NCBI GenBank assembly: GCA_001275005.1
Contig: JWZX01003291.1
Span: 1 to 38,792, forward strand
DNA: 38,792 nucleotides
Reading direction: 5' to 3'
Source of the DNA: Chrysochromulina tobinii
Lineage: Eukaryota
In this document: in pieces, positions 1 through 14,300 of the stretch
Layout of the letters: every line of letters begins with the position of its first letter
Position numbering within the stretch: the first letter of the stretch is position 1
Made by a program: the position numbers and the translations under genes
Notes under the pieces: generated by a model
Told to the model about the DNA's origin: nothing
The model's input: the letters and a program-made list of their open reading frames with translations, nothing else
The model's database searches: none

Positions 1-469
1 GGGGGGGGGGGGGGGGGGGGGGGGGGGGGCGGACCGCCCCCGGGGCCGCCCGCCGCGCGTCGCTGTCCCGCGCAGCACGTTATGACGCGCGCTCCGCGCA
101 CGATATGACACGACACACGACGGATTTTCGAGAAGATCACATTTTGTTCGCTGTTTTCAGAACATGTTATTCCACCTCTCGTTTCAGACCGACTCGAGCG
201 AGTCTACATCGCGCCCCGAGGACACGTTTTGGTTGCCGATATCCAAAAAATGGATGCCGGATGGACGCGGGGTCGGGCGGACGCGAGAGACGGAGCAGAT
301 GATCACGAATGACAGCACGCCGCCTCCACCGCCTCCGCCGGGCCCTCGATAGGGATGCCGCCGCGCGCACACCGCGATCTCAGCGCAGCATAGAGCGACA
401 CGAGTGAGCGGGCTCGTATGCCAACAACGCACGTCCCGCGTGCACGTACAGAGCCGCCCCTCTAATGGT

Positions 470-1315
470 CTAGTGGTAGGAGGCGAAGGTGCCGAAGGGC
501 TCGACGAACGCCGCGCCATCGAAGAAGCCAGTGGGCGCGACAGGGATAGCGCCCGGGATTTTGCCCGCGATCAGGCAGCCGATGATGCCGAGCATGGCAG
601 CGCGCCCGTTCTTGAGCTCGCTGAGGCGCTGGCGCTCGAGCTTCTTGGCGTCCAATCCCCTGGTGATGCCGATCGGGTCCCAAAAGTTCTTGAGCCCCTT
701 GAGCGAGCCCGGCGTGCCGCCCGCCATGTAGTGCGGTTTGATCTTCCACTCGCTCTGGTGCTCGATGATGAAGATCGCGCCGATGATCTGAAGCTTGCCC
801 ACCTCAGGCACCGCCTCCCACTGCTCCATCGGGCCGCCCGCAGCCGCAATGTCGGCAAACGTGGTGCCGGTCTGCCACTGCGAGCAGTATCCGGGGAAGT
901 GGATGCCATCGTGGCCGTTGGCGATCGCCACCTGGTTGCCCGTCGCCACCAGCCAACCGACGAAGGCAGCCATCGCAACGCGCCCGTGCTTAAGCTCAGC
1001 GTGGCGGAACCATGCGAGCGTCGCCGGCGAGCCGAGGTCGGCGAGCTGGAGCGGATCCCAGACAGTGGCGAGGCCCGTCTCGTGCGACTTGCCCTCCCTG
1101 CAGGCAGGAGGAGGAGCAGGCGGTGGTCAGGCATCTTGCGGAGCTTTGGGGCCGCAGAAAAGACCTCCAGGGAAGCGACGGGCTATGCGGCTCGCGATCG
1201 AAAGTTTGGCAACGTACAAGCCGTTAGCTGCGGACATGACCACACTGCTGGCCATCGGGCGCGCGAGCATCGGGGCCTGGAAGGCGAAAGAGGCTGCGGC
1301 GAGGGTCAGAGCCAT
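470..1315 (-). CDS. Fucoxanthin-chlorophyll a/c-binding light-harvesting protein (LHC/FCP), 2 exons (1315-1218, 1097-470), 241 aa
   Basis: GT-AG intron 1217-1098 joins the signal/transit leader MALTLAAASFAFQAP to WDPL...WFRHAELKHGRVAMAAF (helix 1) and FWDP...RLSELKNGRAAMLG (helix 3), which are LHC signature motifs. Confidence 0.95.
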
Positions 1316-1401
1316 TTTGCGATCAGATCTGCTGCTGATCTGCAGCCTTTCATTCATTTGCTCTCAGACACTGTTTTCGACTGTGAAATGCACAGACGGA
1401 C

Positions 1402-4400
1402 CTATCCAAAACGCGCGAGTGCTCGCGCTGGAGTCAGGATGTGCTGTGTCTGCTGGATCAATGCCTTCGGCACGCGAGCTTCCCTAGCTTCATCAACGGC
1501 GTCCGAAAGTTCGTCCACTCGTCTTCCGAGCTCCGCCTTGTCGAAATCCTCGGTGCCGAAAGCCTTCATCATCTCTTCGACTGCCCGTGAAGCTTGCGCC
1601 ATTCGTTTATGGGATGCGTCATGGGCCGCGTGAAGCTGTTTGCACTTGTCGAGCAGCTCCTGCGCTTTCGTCACGCACGGCTCCAGATTGCCGGACTCAT
1701 CATTGAGCACGGCCTTGCCTCGCTTCACCGCCTCGGTCAGCGCTTCGGATGCCTTTCCTATCGAGTCGCTCGACTGCGACCGCTCAAACCATTTGAGTGC
1801 GCGCTCGGCAACCTCGATCTCGGTCGTGATGATCGCACGTGCACATGCCTTCTCGAGGTGGAGGCGTGCGGCCGTCATCGTCTCGTCATCCAGCTCCAAG
1901 TGGTCCGCCCGAGCGATGACCAATTTGTGCTCAGGCGCGACCCGAAGAATCGAGCTCGCATCCTGTTGACGATCTAAGCGAAGCTGCGCAGTTTTCAACG
2001 CCGCGTAGGCCCCCACCCGCTTTTCGTGCGCCGTTTGGGTCGCTTTGAGGGCCACCCTGCTGCGCTCAACGTCGGCCAAGGGCACAAGCGCCTCATCTGA
2101 CACGGAAAGCACCGATTTGAGCTCCTCTATGATCGTTGACAGTCCCTGATGAGAAGTGCTCCGGAGGTCCAGCAAAACATGGGTTGCAACCGCAGTAGTT
2201 CTCGTGAGCCGTTCCTTTGTCGTGTTGAGCCGCTGCGCCACAGCGCGAATCGTAGCGAGTGTGCTGTGCTGCTCCTCAGTCGCATTAATGGAGGGCGTGA
2301 AATTCTGCGCCTCGTCGATGGCAGCTGCAAGCTCCTCCGCTGCGTCCAGCAGCAGGTCTGCGTTACGAGAGCGCCGAAGCTTTTCAAGGGCCGACTGACA
2401 GCCGCCGTTTGCCGCGGAAAGGCGTTGCAGGATGCTCTCGCGAATCTTGCGCGTGGTGGCCCTCTTTCGGAGGATGGCGAAGAAGGCTACAACGTCACCG
2501 GCGATGCCTTTTTGCATGTCGCGCGCTTCCTTGAGCCTTTCTTCGCACTGGAGGATGAGCGCCTCCTTGACGCGGCATTCACGAGCGTGCTTGATGGCGG
2601 CGCTAATCTCCGTTGTGTCCAGTCGAGAGTAGTACCCCTCGCCCCCGTTGGTGATTGGGCAGACCCGGAGGAGCCGGTCTGTTGCAAGCATCCTGGCTCG
2701 CTGCACGCGATTGGCTTCTGCGAGCAATGCGGCTGCCTTCTCCACACGTTCTTCGTCCACGTGGGCTTCGCGTCCCTCATCAACGGCCGCTTGAAGTCTG
2801 GAGATATCCAACGAGAGGGCATCATCCTGCGTCAACGTCTTGAGCGCGAGCTCTGCACGTCGACGTCGCGCCAAGGCCTCATCGTAAGTGTTCCGCGTCC
2901 GAACTAAGTGCTCGATAGCAGGTTCAAGCAACGCAGCGCGGACATGCTCCTCATCCGCTTGTACGCAGGCGTCCTGCAGATCCTCGAGGTACTTTCCCGT
3001 TCGCTCCATGCCCATCCATGACATCGGCGCTCTCAAAGCTTCCGTCAGCTCCCTTTCGGCAACCAAGCGTCGGCCACGTGCGAGCCTTCTGAGGGCGTCC
3101 AACTTGCACCCTCTGTCATACTCCTTCGGCCTCACATGGCACCTCACCCAGTCACTGGTTGCAACAAACGTCAGCGTCGCGGTTGCGAGCGCAACAAGCA
3201 GCACCGGTGATGTTGCGGCCGCGCCTGCAGCGCCATCGACACCATCGCCAGACGCGTTCTCTACGCCGCCGGTGCGGATAAGCCAATCTACGGCGAGGAT
3301 CATGCTCAGTATGGCGGCCATAGTCTTTAGTGGCGAGAAGCGTGCTCGGAAGCCGATCTCGTCGAGGGCGATTTCGGCCCACGTCGACAACCGGAGGAGT
3401 AGCTGCGATTGACCCTCCTGCTCAGGGTCCGCAACAAAGAAGGTGAGGTCGTCCGCACCCTGCCATCTCCTGAGGAGCTCTTCCCGCAATGTCACAGCGC
3501 TATCTTGCAGCGCCTCTCCAGCGTGATCCATGGCCGCATCGACCTGCATGCGCACCTCGTTCAGGCGTGCAGTCGGATCGATGGCGGCTTTATTGCGGCA
3601 GGCTCTTGATGCGAAGAGCCACCCACACGCGTCCGGAAGCAAGATCGCGGAGCACGCGACGACGATGGCCGCGTCAGTGACCGTAACGTCTCGAGATGTG
3701 AGCACGACGTATGCTTGAGCGACAGCGGCCGCCCCCATTAGGAGCTGCACGGACGCTGCACATAGCGCTAACAGCTGCGTCACGAGCCAGCTCGTGAAGG
3801 CTGGAGGTACGTGATCGGCGGTGATGGGCAGCGTGGTCGACAGGACGGCTTGGTACGAGCGAGCCACGCTCGGAGTAGGGGTGAAGAGCGTAGCATAAAC
3901 GACCACTGCTGGTACGATGGCCGCGACGATAACTGCGAGTACTCCATAGCTCATTGCGGCGATAAGAGAACATCCTGTAGGTACGAGGGCACTCCAGAGA
4001 ACGGCAGACGTCGTGCTGCACACCGAGGGAGCCCGCACATACTTGCCGCCCGAACTCAACGTCTTGAGCAGGAGCGGCTGCGTAAGTGATGCAGATTGGC
4101 TCTGTCCTGGACTAGCGCCATAACCGTCTGTTGGAAATCCAGACCGGCTCCTTTGTGGTGCACTCTCGACTCTCTCCGCCTCGATGAGAGCGGCAACCTC
4201 TGCAGCTCGAGCAGCGGCTTGGCGCTCCTTGCGTTCTTTCCGCGCGGCTCGATCGACCGCCCTCGCCTCTTCCTTCTTGGTCGTATTCATGGGCGTGGCA
4301 CCAATGCTCATGCGGAAGTAGTCGTGCTGCTCTCGCCTTGCTAGGAGCCGCTCCCTGCCATGTGAATTGCCCTTGCGGACCATGGCGCGCATCCTCTCCA

Positions 4401-4728
4401 GCTCCTGATCTGTCGCGCATGGCGAGCCCAAGTACGTGCCGTCGCTCGCAACGTGTAAGTTCATCCTCGATGGGCGCGATGACGGCGAGCGAGATGCAGG
4501 CGATGCCCTGCTACTGCAGGGGCTAGAGCAGGGGCCATAGAATTCCTCACTCTCATCAAGCAAGGACGGTGACGGAAGCATTTTGGGCTGCGGCAGCTGC
4601 ACGATGCGCTTCGGTAACGTGACTCCAGGCACCTTTGTCATGACATATGAAAGCGAGGGCTGCCTCTTGATGTGAACTGCTTGTACGCTGATCCTTTGGG
4701 GACTGCTGGGCACCGGTATCAGCTCCAT
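1402..4728 (-). CDS. Large unknown protein (about 1108 aa) with a multi-pass hydrophobic central region and a long helical/coiled-coil C-terminus
   Basis: Long ORF 1402-5193. Its first 155 codons translate a palindromic repeat, so the start is placed at ATG 4728 (MELIPVP). Several 20-aa hydrophobic segments precede an A/E/L/R-rich helical region. Confidence 0.7.
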   Translation of the reverse strand: MELIPVPSSPQRISVQAVHIKRQPSLSYVMTKVPGVTLPKRIVQLPQPKMLPSPSLLDESEEFYGPCSSPCSSRASPASRSPSSRPSRMNLHVASDGTYLGSPCATDQELERMRAMVRKGNSHGRERLLARREQHDYFRMSIGATPMNTTKKEEARAVDRAARKERKERQAAARAAEVAALIEAERVESAPQRSRSGFPTDGYGASPGQSQSASLTQPLLLKTLSSGGKYVRAPSVCSTTSAVLWSALVPTGCSLIAAMSYGVLAVIVAAIVPAVVVYATLFTPTPSVARSYQAVLSTTLPITADHVPPAFTSWLVTQLLALCAASVQLLMGAAAVAQAYVVLTSRDVTVTDAAIVVACSAILLPDACGWLFASRACRNKAAIDPTARLNEVRMQVDAAMDHAGEALQDSAVTLREELLRRWQGADDLTFFVADPEQEGQSQLLLRLSTWAEIALDEIGFRARFSPLKTMAAILSMILAVDWLIRTGGVENASGDGVDGAAGAAATSPVLLVALATATLTFVATSDWVRCHVRPKEYDRGCKLDALRRLARGRRLVAERELTEALRAPMSWMGMERTGKYLEDLQDACVQADEEHVRAALLEPAIEHLVRTRNTYDEALARRRRAELALKTLTQDDALSLDISRLQAAVDEGREAHVDEERVEKAAALLAEANRVQRARMLATDRLLRVCPITNGGEGYYSRLDTTEISAAIKHARECRVKEALILQCEERLKEARDMQKGIAGDVVAFFAILRKRATTRKIRESILQRLSAANGGCQSALEKLRRSRNADLLLDAAEELAAAIDEAQNFTPSINATEEQHSTLATIRAVAQRLNTTKERLTRTTAVATHVLLDLRSTSHQGLSTIIEELKSVLSVSDEALVPLADVERSRVALKATQTAHEKRVGAYAALKTAQLRLDRQQDASSILRVAPEHKLVIARADHLELDDETMTAARLHLEKACARAIITTEIEVAERALKWFERSQSSDSIGKASEALTEAVKRGKAVLNDESGNLEPCVTKAQELLDKCKQLHAAHDASHKRMAQASRAVEEMMKAFGTEDFDKAELGRRVDELSDAVDEAREARVPKALIQQTQHILTPARALARFG

Positions 4729-4843
4729 GTCGCGACGGCCAGCCAAAGAGGGATGCGACAGAACCGTCCCTTGTCCGAAATTGACGGAGGTTTCGCGTGT
4801 GGCCGGCCGCCACTGTGGCGCCGGCGCGCGCGCGTCGCGAGCA

Positions 4844-5235
4844 ACCGGCTCCCCACGGTGTCTATTTACCGGTTTGTCCCGGCTCCCCCCGTGTGCGCTG
4901 CGCGCGCCCGTGTATCCCGTGTGTGTCCCGTGTGTGTCCCGGCTCCCCCCGGTGTCTTTTTTACCGGTACCGGGTACCGGTACATTGGTGGGTTGGGATG
5001 CTTGTGAGGTTCGTCTGTGTGATTCGTGTGTCCGTGTGTGTCCGGGCTCCCCCCGGTGTCTTTTTACCGGTAAAAAGACACCGGGGGGAGCCGGGACACA
5101 CACGGTACCGGTACCGGTACCGGTAAAAAGACACGGGGGGAGAGCCGGGACACACACGGGACACACGGGACACGCGGGCGCACAAGGGCACACGGATCAC
5201 ACAGACGAACCTCACAACCATCCAAACCCAGGCCA
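4844..5235. repeat. Foldback/MITE-like palindromic repeat built from CCGGCTCCCCCCGGTGTCTTTTTACCGG modules
   Basis: Perfect loopless 48-bp palindrome at 5045-5092, extending to 5032-5105 with one mismatch. Outer inverted arms at about 4986-5033 vs 5187-5235. GGTACC runs and further module copies near 4845, 4879, 4939 and 5121 (reverse). Confidence 0.85.
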
Positions 5236-5611
5236 ACACACCACAAGACACACAACCCCGAACCCAAGCCCGAACCTGTACGTCAGCAGCGCCAGCGCGA
5301 CGACCGAAGCCGCGGCCGACTCAACAGCCGCAGGCCCGGAGCCGACCGCTCCCCGCGGCCGACTCCGCGGTACCGTGGTCCGTGCTGCGCTCCCGCGGTA
5401 CCTTGCGAACAGTGTTCCCGACCCGCGCTCGGGCATCTCTCCTACCGCCCCCCGCGCGCCCATTAGCGGCGACCACCACGGTCCACGCGGCACGGCGGCA
5501 CCGGCGCGCCACAGTGAGAGTGACACCAAGAGGCTGTAACAACGGCAACGATGTACCCCAAAGCCAAACACGAACATACTACCCTCGGGGCGTATGTCGG
5601 GCAGAAAACAA

Positions 5612-6754
5612 TCAGATGACACACACCGTCTCCGACCACTCGCCGCTCGAGCGGCGCATAAGGCCCTGGTGCCGCACCGCGTCCACGTTTGCTGCTTCTG
5701 CTGTTTCCCCCAGCTGCTCCCTCGGCTCGCGCCCCTCACCCTTCGTATCTTGCGGCCCGCCGCCATGCCCGCCGCCGCGGCTTGTCGGGTCAAGCGCGAG
5801 CCAAGAAATGCTCGAGAATGAGACGCGCTTCGGCGGCTTCTTGGCGGGGGTGTTGGCGTTGACTCCCTTCTCAACGACGGACGAGCGATTGGCGCAGTGG
5901 TGGGCGTTGGCTGCCTCCTCGACGATGGACGAGCGGTTGGCGCTGTGGTGGGCGTTGGCTCCCTCTTCGACGGTGGACGAGCGGTTGGCGCTGTGGTGGG
6001 CGTTGGCTCCCTCTTCGACGGTGGACGAGCGATTGGCGCTGTGGTGGGCGCTCCCCATACGGCGCCGCTGCGCCTGCGCCACCCACGCCTGCACGGCGTC
6101 ATCGGCACCGGAATCATCGCCGTCGGACATGGCGCCGAGCGAGCCTCGTGGCGAGAGCGGCGGCGGCGCGCGGAAGGAGCCCGCGGATTGGAGCGAATGG
6201 GACATCCCAACTTCCTCGAGGGAGCGCATCCGGTAGTCGGAGAGGTGCTCGAGCCGCCGGCTCTTTGCGCGGTCGTCGTCGGCGTCTTCAGACGAGGCCG
6301 GAGAGGGAGCACGGCTTGTCGTCGCACGGCTGCTACAGCCGCTGCCGCCGCCGCCACCGTTGCCGCCGCTGCCGCCGCCCGCGGGCTGCGTGAGCTCGCG
6401 CCGCCGGTCGTTGATGCACTGGGAGATGGCAGCGTACCACCGTTGGAGCTCGCGCTCGTCAAACGTGCGAAAACGAAGCCGACGGCCCGATTCGGAGATG
6501 ACGTCGATGACGGGGATCTTGTGAGGCACTTCGACCGCGACCGTGCAAGTCGCAAGCATCAGGTATCCGCTCGCGGTGTTCGATACGTCGTACCAGGCCA
6601 AAAGGTGAGGGTACACCTCGAGATATCTTTTGCTCCAGCGCCAGAATAGATGGGGGCTGTCCACGGGCTGCTTCTCGACGAAGCCCACCTTAAGGGCATG
6701 ACCCCGGGACGACTGCAGGTAGTTGAGCACGGCCGCGGCGTCCTGCTCGGCCAT
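5612..6754 (-). CDS. PH-domain protein with a low-complexity C-terminus and 16-aa repeats
   Basis: N-terminal KVGFVEKQ...WSKRYLEV...LAWY...RFRTFDERELQRWYAAI fits the PH-domain pattern; the 3' end may be spliced. Confidence 0.8.
   Translation of the reverse strand: MAEQDAAAVLNYLQSSRGHALKVGFVEKQPVDSPHLFWRWSKRYLEVYPHLLAWYDVSNTASGYLMLATCTVAVEVPHKIPVIDVISESGRRLRFRTFDERELQRWYAAISQCINDRRRELTQPAGGGSGGNGGGGGSGCSSRATTSRAPSPASSEDADDDRAKSRRLEHLSDYRMRSLEEVGMSHSLQSAGSFRAPPPLSPRGSLGAMSDGDDSGADDAVQAWVAQAQRRRMGSAHHSANRSSTVEEGANAHHSANRSSTVEEGANAHHSANRSSIVEEAANAHHCANRSSVVEKGVNANTPAKKPPKRVSFSSISWLALDPTSRGGGHGGGPQDTKGEGREPREQLGETAEAANVDAVRHQGLMRRSSGEWSETVCVI
5855..6050. repeat. Coding minisatellite, 48-bp unit x about 4 (GANAHHSANRSSTVEE)
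   Basis: Units start at 5855, 5903, 5951 and 5999 on the + strand. Confidence 0.9.
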
Positions 6755-7007
6755 TGGACGGCCGCGTGAAGAGCAAAGTGCTCCATTTGGAAGGTTTCAT
6801 TTGGAAGTTTACATGCAGGGCGCGGCCTCGCACACCCTCGCTGAAAAATTGCGACTCCGAGGGTGGGTGTGAGTCCACGTGCTTTTTGAGGGAGCGCCCG
6901 CGGCGGCGCGATCATCAGAAAAAAGCGCAGCGAAGGCGTTCAAGAAGCTCAAGGCCTCCGTCTACTCTCCTTGCCTGCCACCGTCCTCAGAGCGGGCACG
7001 GACGAGC

Positions 7008-9735
<2,728 letters not shown>

Positions 9736-10430
9736 GCGCAGGCGCGCGCGGGGTCTCACACCCATGGCGACGCGCGCTGGCAGGGCGGCATCCGAACATC
9801 ACCAGGGGCTCTGTCAGTCGTAGCCGGTATACGCGGGAGTGGCGGCTACAACTTGACATCCAACATCGCAGCTACTGCATCCGGGTCTGTGTCCATGACA
9901 CTGACCGGCATCCGGGACAACGTGCTATCGTCGAATCGCGATTTTATTATGTGACGCGATAGAGATATCAGATGATAATTTTGATAATACGCCAAGATAT
10001 AGACATCATGATCGGGATTGTATGCGCGCGCCTCCGCATCGTAGGAAGCCACCAGCCACGGGCACGGCGGTCCACCACCAGGGCGCGCAGACACGCGACC
10101 CGCGCGCCGCGGTCGCGCAGCGCCCGAGCTCGAGACCGCCACAGCCAAACCGCGCGGTAAGCGCGGCCGCCGCTGGCCGACCAGAACCACGGCATCACCA
10201 GGCTTGTGCGAGAGCAACCTCCACGCCACCGGTCCATCGGCTGATCCGATCCTTCGCGGCCGCGCCGCGCGACGTGTGGTGAGGTGTGACCCTCGACACG
10301 CGCGTGAGATCCGATCAGTGCCTCCCGCGAATCACCCGCGCGCGTCCGTATGCACACAATACACTCTTCACCGCCGCGCAGACGCGTGGCCACGCCACGG
10401 CCGGACCATCCAATACTAGACGGTGCTGGC

Positions 10431-12134
10431 TCACTTGGGGCCATCCCCGGGCCCAAACTCTTCAGGCTTGCGCTTGGGTTCGAGCTTACCGGTCTCCTTC
10501 AGGTTATCAAACATCTCGAGCGCGTTCAGGATGGCCTGGTCCATGTTGAAGTACTTGTACGAGGCGAGCCGGCCGACGAACGCGACCCCCGGCTCCGCCT
10601 CGGCGAGCTTGCGGTACTTTTCGTACAGCTCATTGTTCTTGGGGTTGGGTACGGGGTAGTATGGGTCGCCCGTGGCCGAAGAGAACTCCTTAGCGAGCAA
10701 GGTGCCCTTGATCTGGCCGTTCTTGACGGCCGTAGGCTGGTTGATGACGTGCTTGTACTCGACGATGCGCGTGAACTCGACGTCGGGCGACGGGTAGTTG
10801 ACGACCATCGCCTCTTGGAAGAAGCCATCCTGGGGCTCCTCCACCCACTCCTCCTTGAAGATGATGGAACGGTATTCGAGCTTGGGCATGCCCTGCTGCG
10901 CAAAGTACGAGTCAATCGGCCCCGTGTAGATGATCAAGCCGTGCTCAGGAAGCTTGCCGGCGTCGCGCAGCTGGAAGAAGTCGCAGTTGAGCCGGATGGT
11001 GATGTTCGGATCGTGCAGCAGCATGTTCTCAAAGATGCGCGTGTAGCCGCGCTTGGGCAACGCCTGCCACTTATCGCCGAAGTAACGGTCGTCCGTGGTG
11101 GTCCGGCACGGCAGGCGCAGCATCACTGACGCGTCGAGCTCAGACGGGTACTTGTCCCACTGCTTCTTGGTGTAGTGCTTGAAGATCTTGTCGTACAGTT
11201 CCGGCCCGACGCGCGACAGCGCCGCCTCCTCGCTGTTGGCGAGCTCCGACACGCCCGGCAATTCCGGCGCCTTCGTATAGCCAGCCGGCATCACTCGGTT
11301 CTGGGCATACCACTCGGCCATCTGCTCCTCCGTTTGGATGCTGGTGCGAAAGAGGGTGTTGACCGTCTCCATCGTCGGCGGGATGGGCACGAGTTGCTTC
11401 ACCCCATCCTTGTCCGGCACGAGGCCCTTGACCCGATGGTCAAAGGGCTCCCACTCCGAGAATTGGGTCACGTACTCCCACACGCGCTCGAAATTGGTGT
11501 GGAAGAGGTGCGCGCCGTACTTTGACGCGCGCAGCCCATGCGACTCGATGTAGTCGTAGCAGTTGCCGCCGATGTGGTCACGGCTGTCGATAATCAACGA
11601 GGTCATGCCAAGCTCCTTGGAGCAACGCTCCGCGAGCACCGCGCCCGAGAGGCCCGCGCCGACGATCAGTAGGTCGACCTTCTTAGGCGCCGTCGATGTG
11701 TCGCCAGACATCACGTCCTGCGAAAGAGACGCGCGCGCCCGTGCATAGTCGGTGATCGATGGGTTCGGAGTGCGGCCGGATCGGCATGCTCCATCACTCG
11801 CAGTATGTGCACACCTTGGAAAGGGGCAGCGGCCCCTCAGCCTTGTCACCAAAGAGGCTCTCGGCAACCTTGGCAAACTGATCCTTGCCGACGCAGCCCT
11901 TGACCAAGTTCTTCTCCGCCCACTCGGGCTCGGCGCGGCCGACGCCCACGGACGAAGCAAAGGGACCTGTGAGGGCATACGCCGCAGTTGGACACTAAAT
12001 TAGCGAGGATGTGTCCAGCGCCACGAGTTGGGCCGAACTTCCGGCTCGAACTCGCGACCCCGCAGCATCCTTAAGGCCACCCGGACCGGCAAGGCGCGAT
12101 CGCCGCCGCATGCAGGAAACTCACCGATTGGCAT
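10431..12134 (-). CDS. glf: UDP-galactopyranose mutase (bacterial-type Glf), 3 exons (12134-12125, 11966-11815, 11717-10431), about 482 aa
   Basis: IVGAGLSG FAD motif, GGNCYD, GAHLFHT, YTKKQW, YTGPIDSYF, FTRIVEYKH, PYYPVP, GRLASYKYFNMDQAI. Two GT-AG introns give an in-frame N-terminal extension (MPIGPFASS...PLSK/DVMSG); the upstream exons are inferred. Confidence 0.92.
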
Positions 12135-12540
12135 GGAGGTTGGAAGCGACGGCGCGCGGCAGTGAACGCAGTCGTGTGAACGCAGTCGTGTGAACGTTGC
12201 AGAAATCCCTCTGCGCCCCATCCTACCCCCCGCAGCATCTTTTGGTGGCGAGCTTGTCTGTTGGTGCGCGATCAGGATCAAAGGGGGCACTTTGAGAATA
12301 GTAGTTATGGCCAATGTTGGGACGAGATGCAATGAATATACATATGCTTAGGAAGCGGGTGCAACATATGAACACATCTTCTATTGAGCTGCGGCCTAAC
12401 CACGAGTCCATTATTTATCGAGGTCTGGGCGCGCGGTGGCACACTCAAAGGTGTGAACTCGTGAGCGGCCTTGACACAGCAGACAGAGGCGAGAAACAGC
12501 ACATGGACCATGCACCATGGTCAAGCTTTTATTGTTCTGT

Positions 12541-13325
12541 TCACAGCAACTGCAAGCGCCCGGTGATCGGATCGATCCGCGTCACGAGATCGGGGCCAAC
12601 CGTTCCCACGGTCACCGAACCCGCAGCCACCTCTGTGCGTCCCGCATCGGCGATGAGGTGCGTCGTGAGGCCAGCTCGAGCAGCCTCCTCAAGCTTGGCT
12701 CTCAGTTCGGCCTCGTCCGCCACGCCGAGACAGATGACGGCCTCGCCCATCATTTCCCACTGATGCAACAGCCCCTGGCCCTCGGCGCCCTTGCTGAGCG
12801 TGGCTCGATAAGCACCAAGAGCGCCATGCGCTACCTGAGCGGCAACTTTGCCCTGGCACATGTGGCAGAAAGCGAATCGCACCGATCAAAGCAATAGTAA
12901 ACGCCACGCATGCGCAGTTGTGCATTTGCAGTGATGTGCGCTTGCAGCGTTGTGCGTGTGTGCGAGCGCACTGCGCGCACCACGCCCATGCCCAGGTCAC
13001 GCCGCACGAGGCACACGAGCTTGAGTGGAACTGCTGTCTCACGCGCTGCAGGGCGCGAGTCGGCTGCTGATGCCCAGGGTGCCGACATTGAAGACAGGAT
13101 GAGATCCACCGCCACCTCGACTCCGTCTGGTCCGGCCGCATCCAGCGCGTGCTTGGCCTGCTCGCGAGTGCATCCACAGATCTCAACGATTGTGTCAATG
13201 CTCGCTGCCTGGTCGCCATACGAGGTGGGTGGCGAAGCCGCTCGGACAGCGAAATCTACGCTCACCGCGACGGAGGTGGGAGACGCGACGATCACGCTCA
13301 CGAGCGGAGAAGGTGAGGACAGCAT
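12541..13325 (-). CDS. PTH2: Peptidyl-tRNA hydrolase 2 with N-terminal UBA-like domain, 2 exons (13325-12981, 12852-12541)
   Basis: KLVCLVRRDLGMGV/GKVAAQVAHG...IADAGRTEV...GP...IDPITGRLQLL are PTH2 motifs; IDTIVEICGCTREQAKHALDAAG...VEVAVDLIL is UBA-like; GT-AG intron 12980-12853; start codon uncertain. Confidence 0.88.
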
Positions 13326-13630
13326 TCTCACGAAGCGCTCAGGAGGCCGCGCGGACGTCGCGAAAGGCAGGTCCGGCCTCCTGCACACTCGCACAGAGCA
13401 TACGTCCTCACGAACGACCCTGTTAGTGATTAAGAAGCGTGAGACTTCCAGACACTGGGACTCTGACACGTTTGTCACAATAAAAGTCGAGATATCTCAG
13501 CCTGTGGGAGAGTCGACACCACTGTGTACCCGTATTTGGTGGAAATATTTTCTTGGTTTTCGAAAAGTGAGCGCATGCTCACTCAAAACATACCATGCAA
13601 AGAGCGCACAATACTGTTGTATGGCATGAC

Positions 13631-14300
13631 CTACAGGAGCGAGCGAGCGACCAGTCCTAGATAACAAATTATAACTCGCATGCGCGTTTCGCATGCAGAC
13701 ACTCTCGGTGCGCGCGGCGGCTGCTGCGCACGCCCCGGCAATGCCAGCTCACACGGATAATAGCGCCACGCCATCTGCACCTGCTTGTCCCACCTGTCAG
13801 GCACCAGGATGACCCACTGCTCGCCTGCCACCTCATCGGATCTGCTTCCCATGTCCAGAGCAGCGACGAGCGCGCTCCAGTTGCGGTGCGTCTTGGAGTG
13901 CAGCATCGCGTACAGCGTCGTGAGCTCGAGCTCAGAACGCTCGCCGCGACGTAGTCCATCAAAATGGCTCGTTCATCAAAATGCTCGGCTCGGACTGAAC
14001 CCATAGCCAGACAGCCATGTTGTGCATTTTGCTTTTCACAAACTCATCGACGCTGCTCATGTACGACTTGGGGTTCGCGGGGTCGAGCTCGGGAGTGCAC
14101 CCGTAGCTCGCGTGGCCGCGGTTCGAGATGGTCTCGACCTTATCGGGGCCGATCCAAACGCGGCTCGAGGCCTGGCGATGGACGTACATGAGGTCCATTA
14201 CGGCCTCGGCGAGGAGATGCGGCGGGAGGACCGTGGCGGCGACGGGAGCAAAGCGCTCGACGTGAGTGTCCTCGAGACTGTGACACAGAGGAACTGCAGA
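13631..14300 (-). pseudogene. Possible frameshifted gene or TE-gene remnant of unknown family
   Basis: Protein-like text continues across three successive minus frames (ORFs 13959-14393, 13669-14004, 13631-13906) and is flanked by AT-richer DNA; no family recognised. Confidence 0.3.

Noticed and set aside
1..30. Poly-G run as a G-quadruplex or telomere
   Set aside because: A homopolymer at the window edge that may be a sequencing or assembly artefact.
4729..5193. N-terminal 155 aa of the 1263-aa ORF
   Set aside because: It translates the palindromic repeat; the start at 4728 is more plausible.
5276..5535. Extra minus-strand exon (TTACAG acceptor, CAG/GTTCGGG donor) linking the PH gene to the downstream gene
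   Set aside because: The simplest in-frame join hits a stop at 5321 and the peptide is unconvincing; RNA data are needed.
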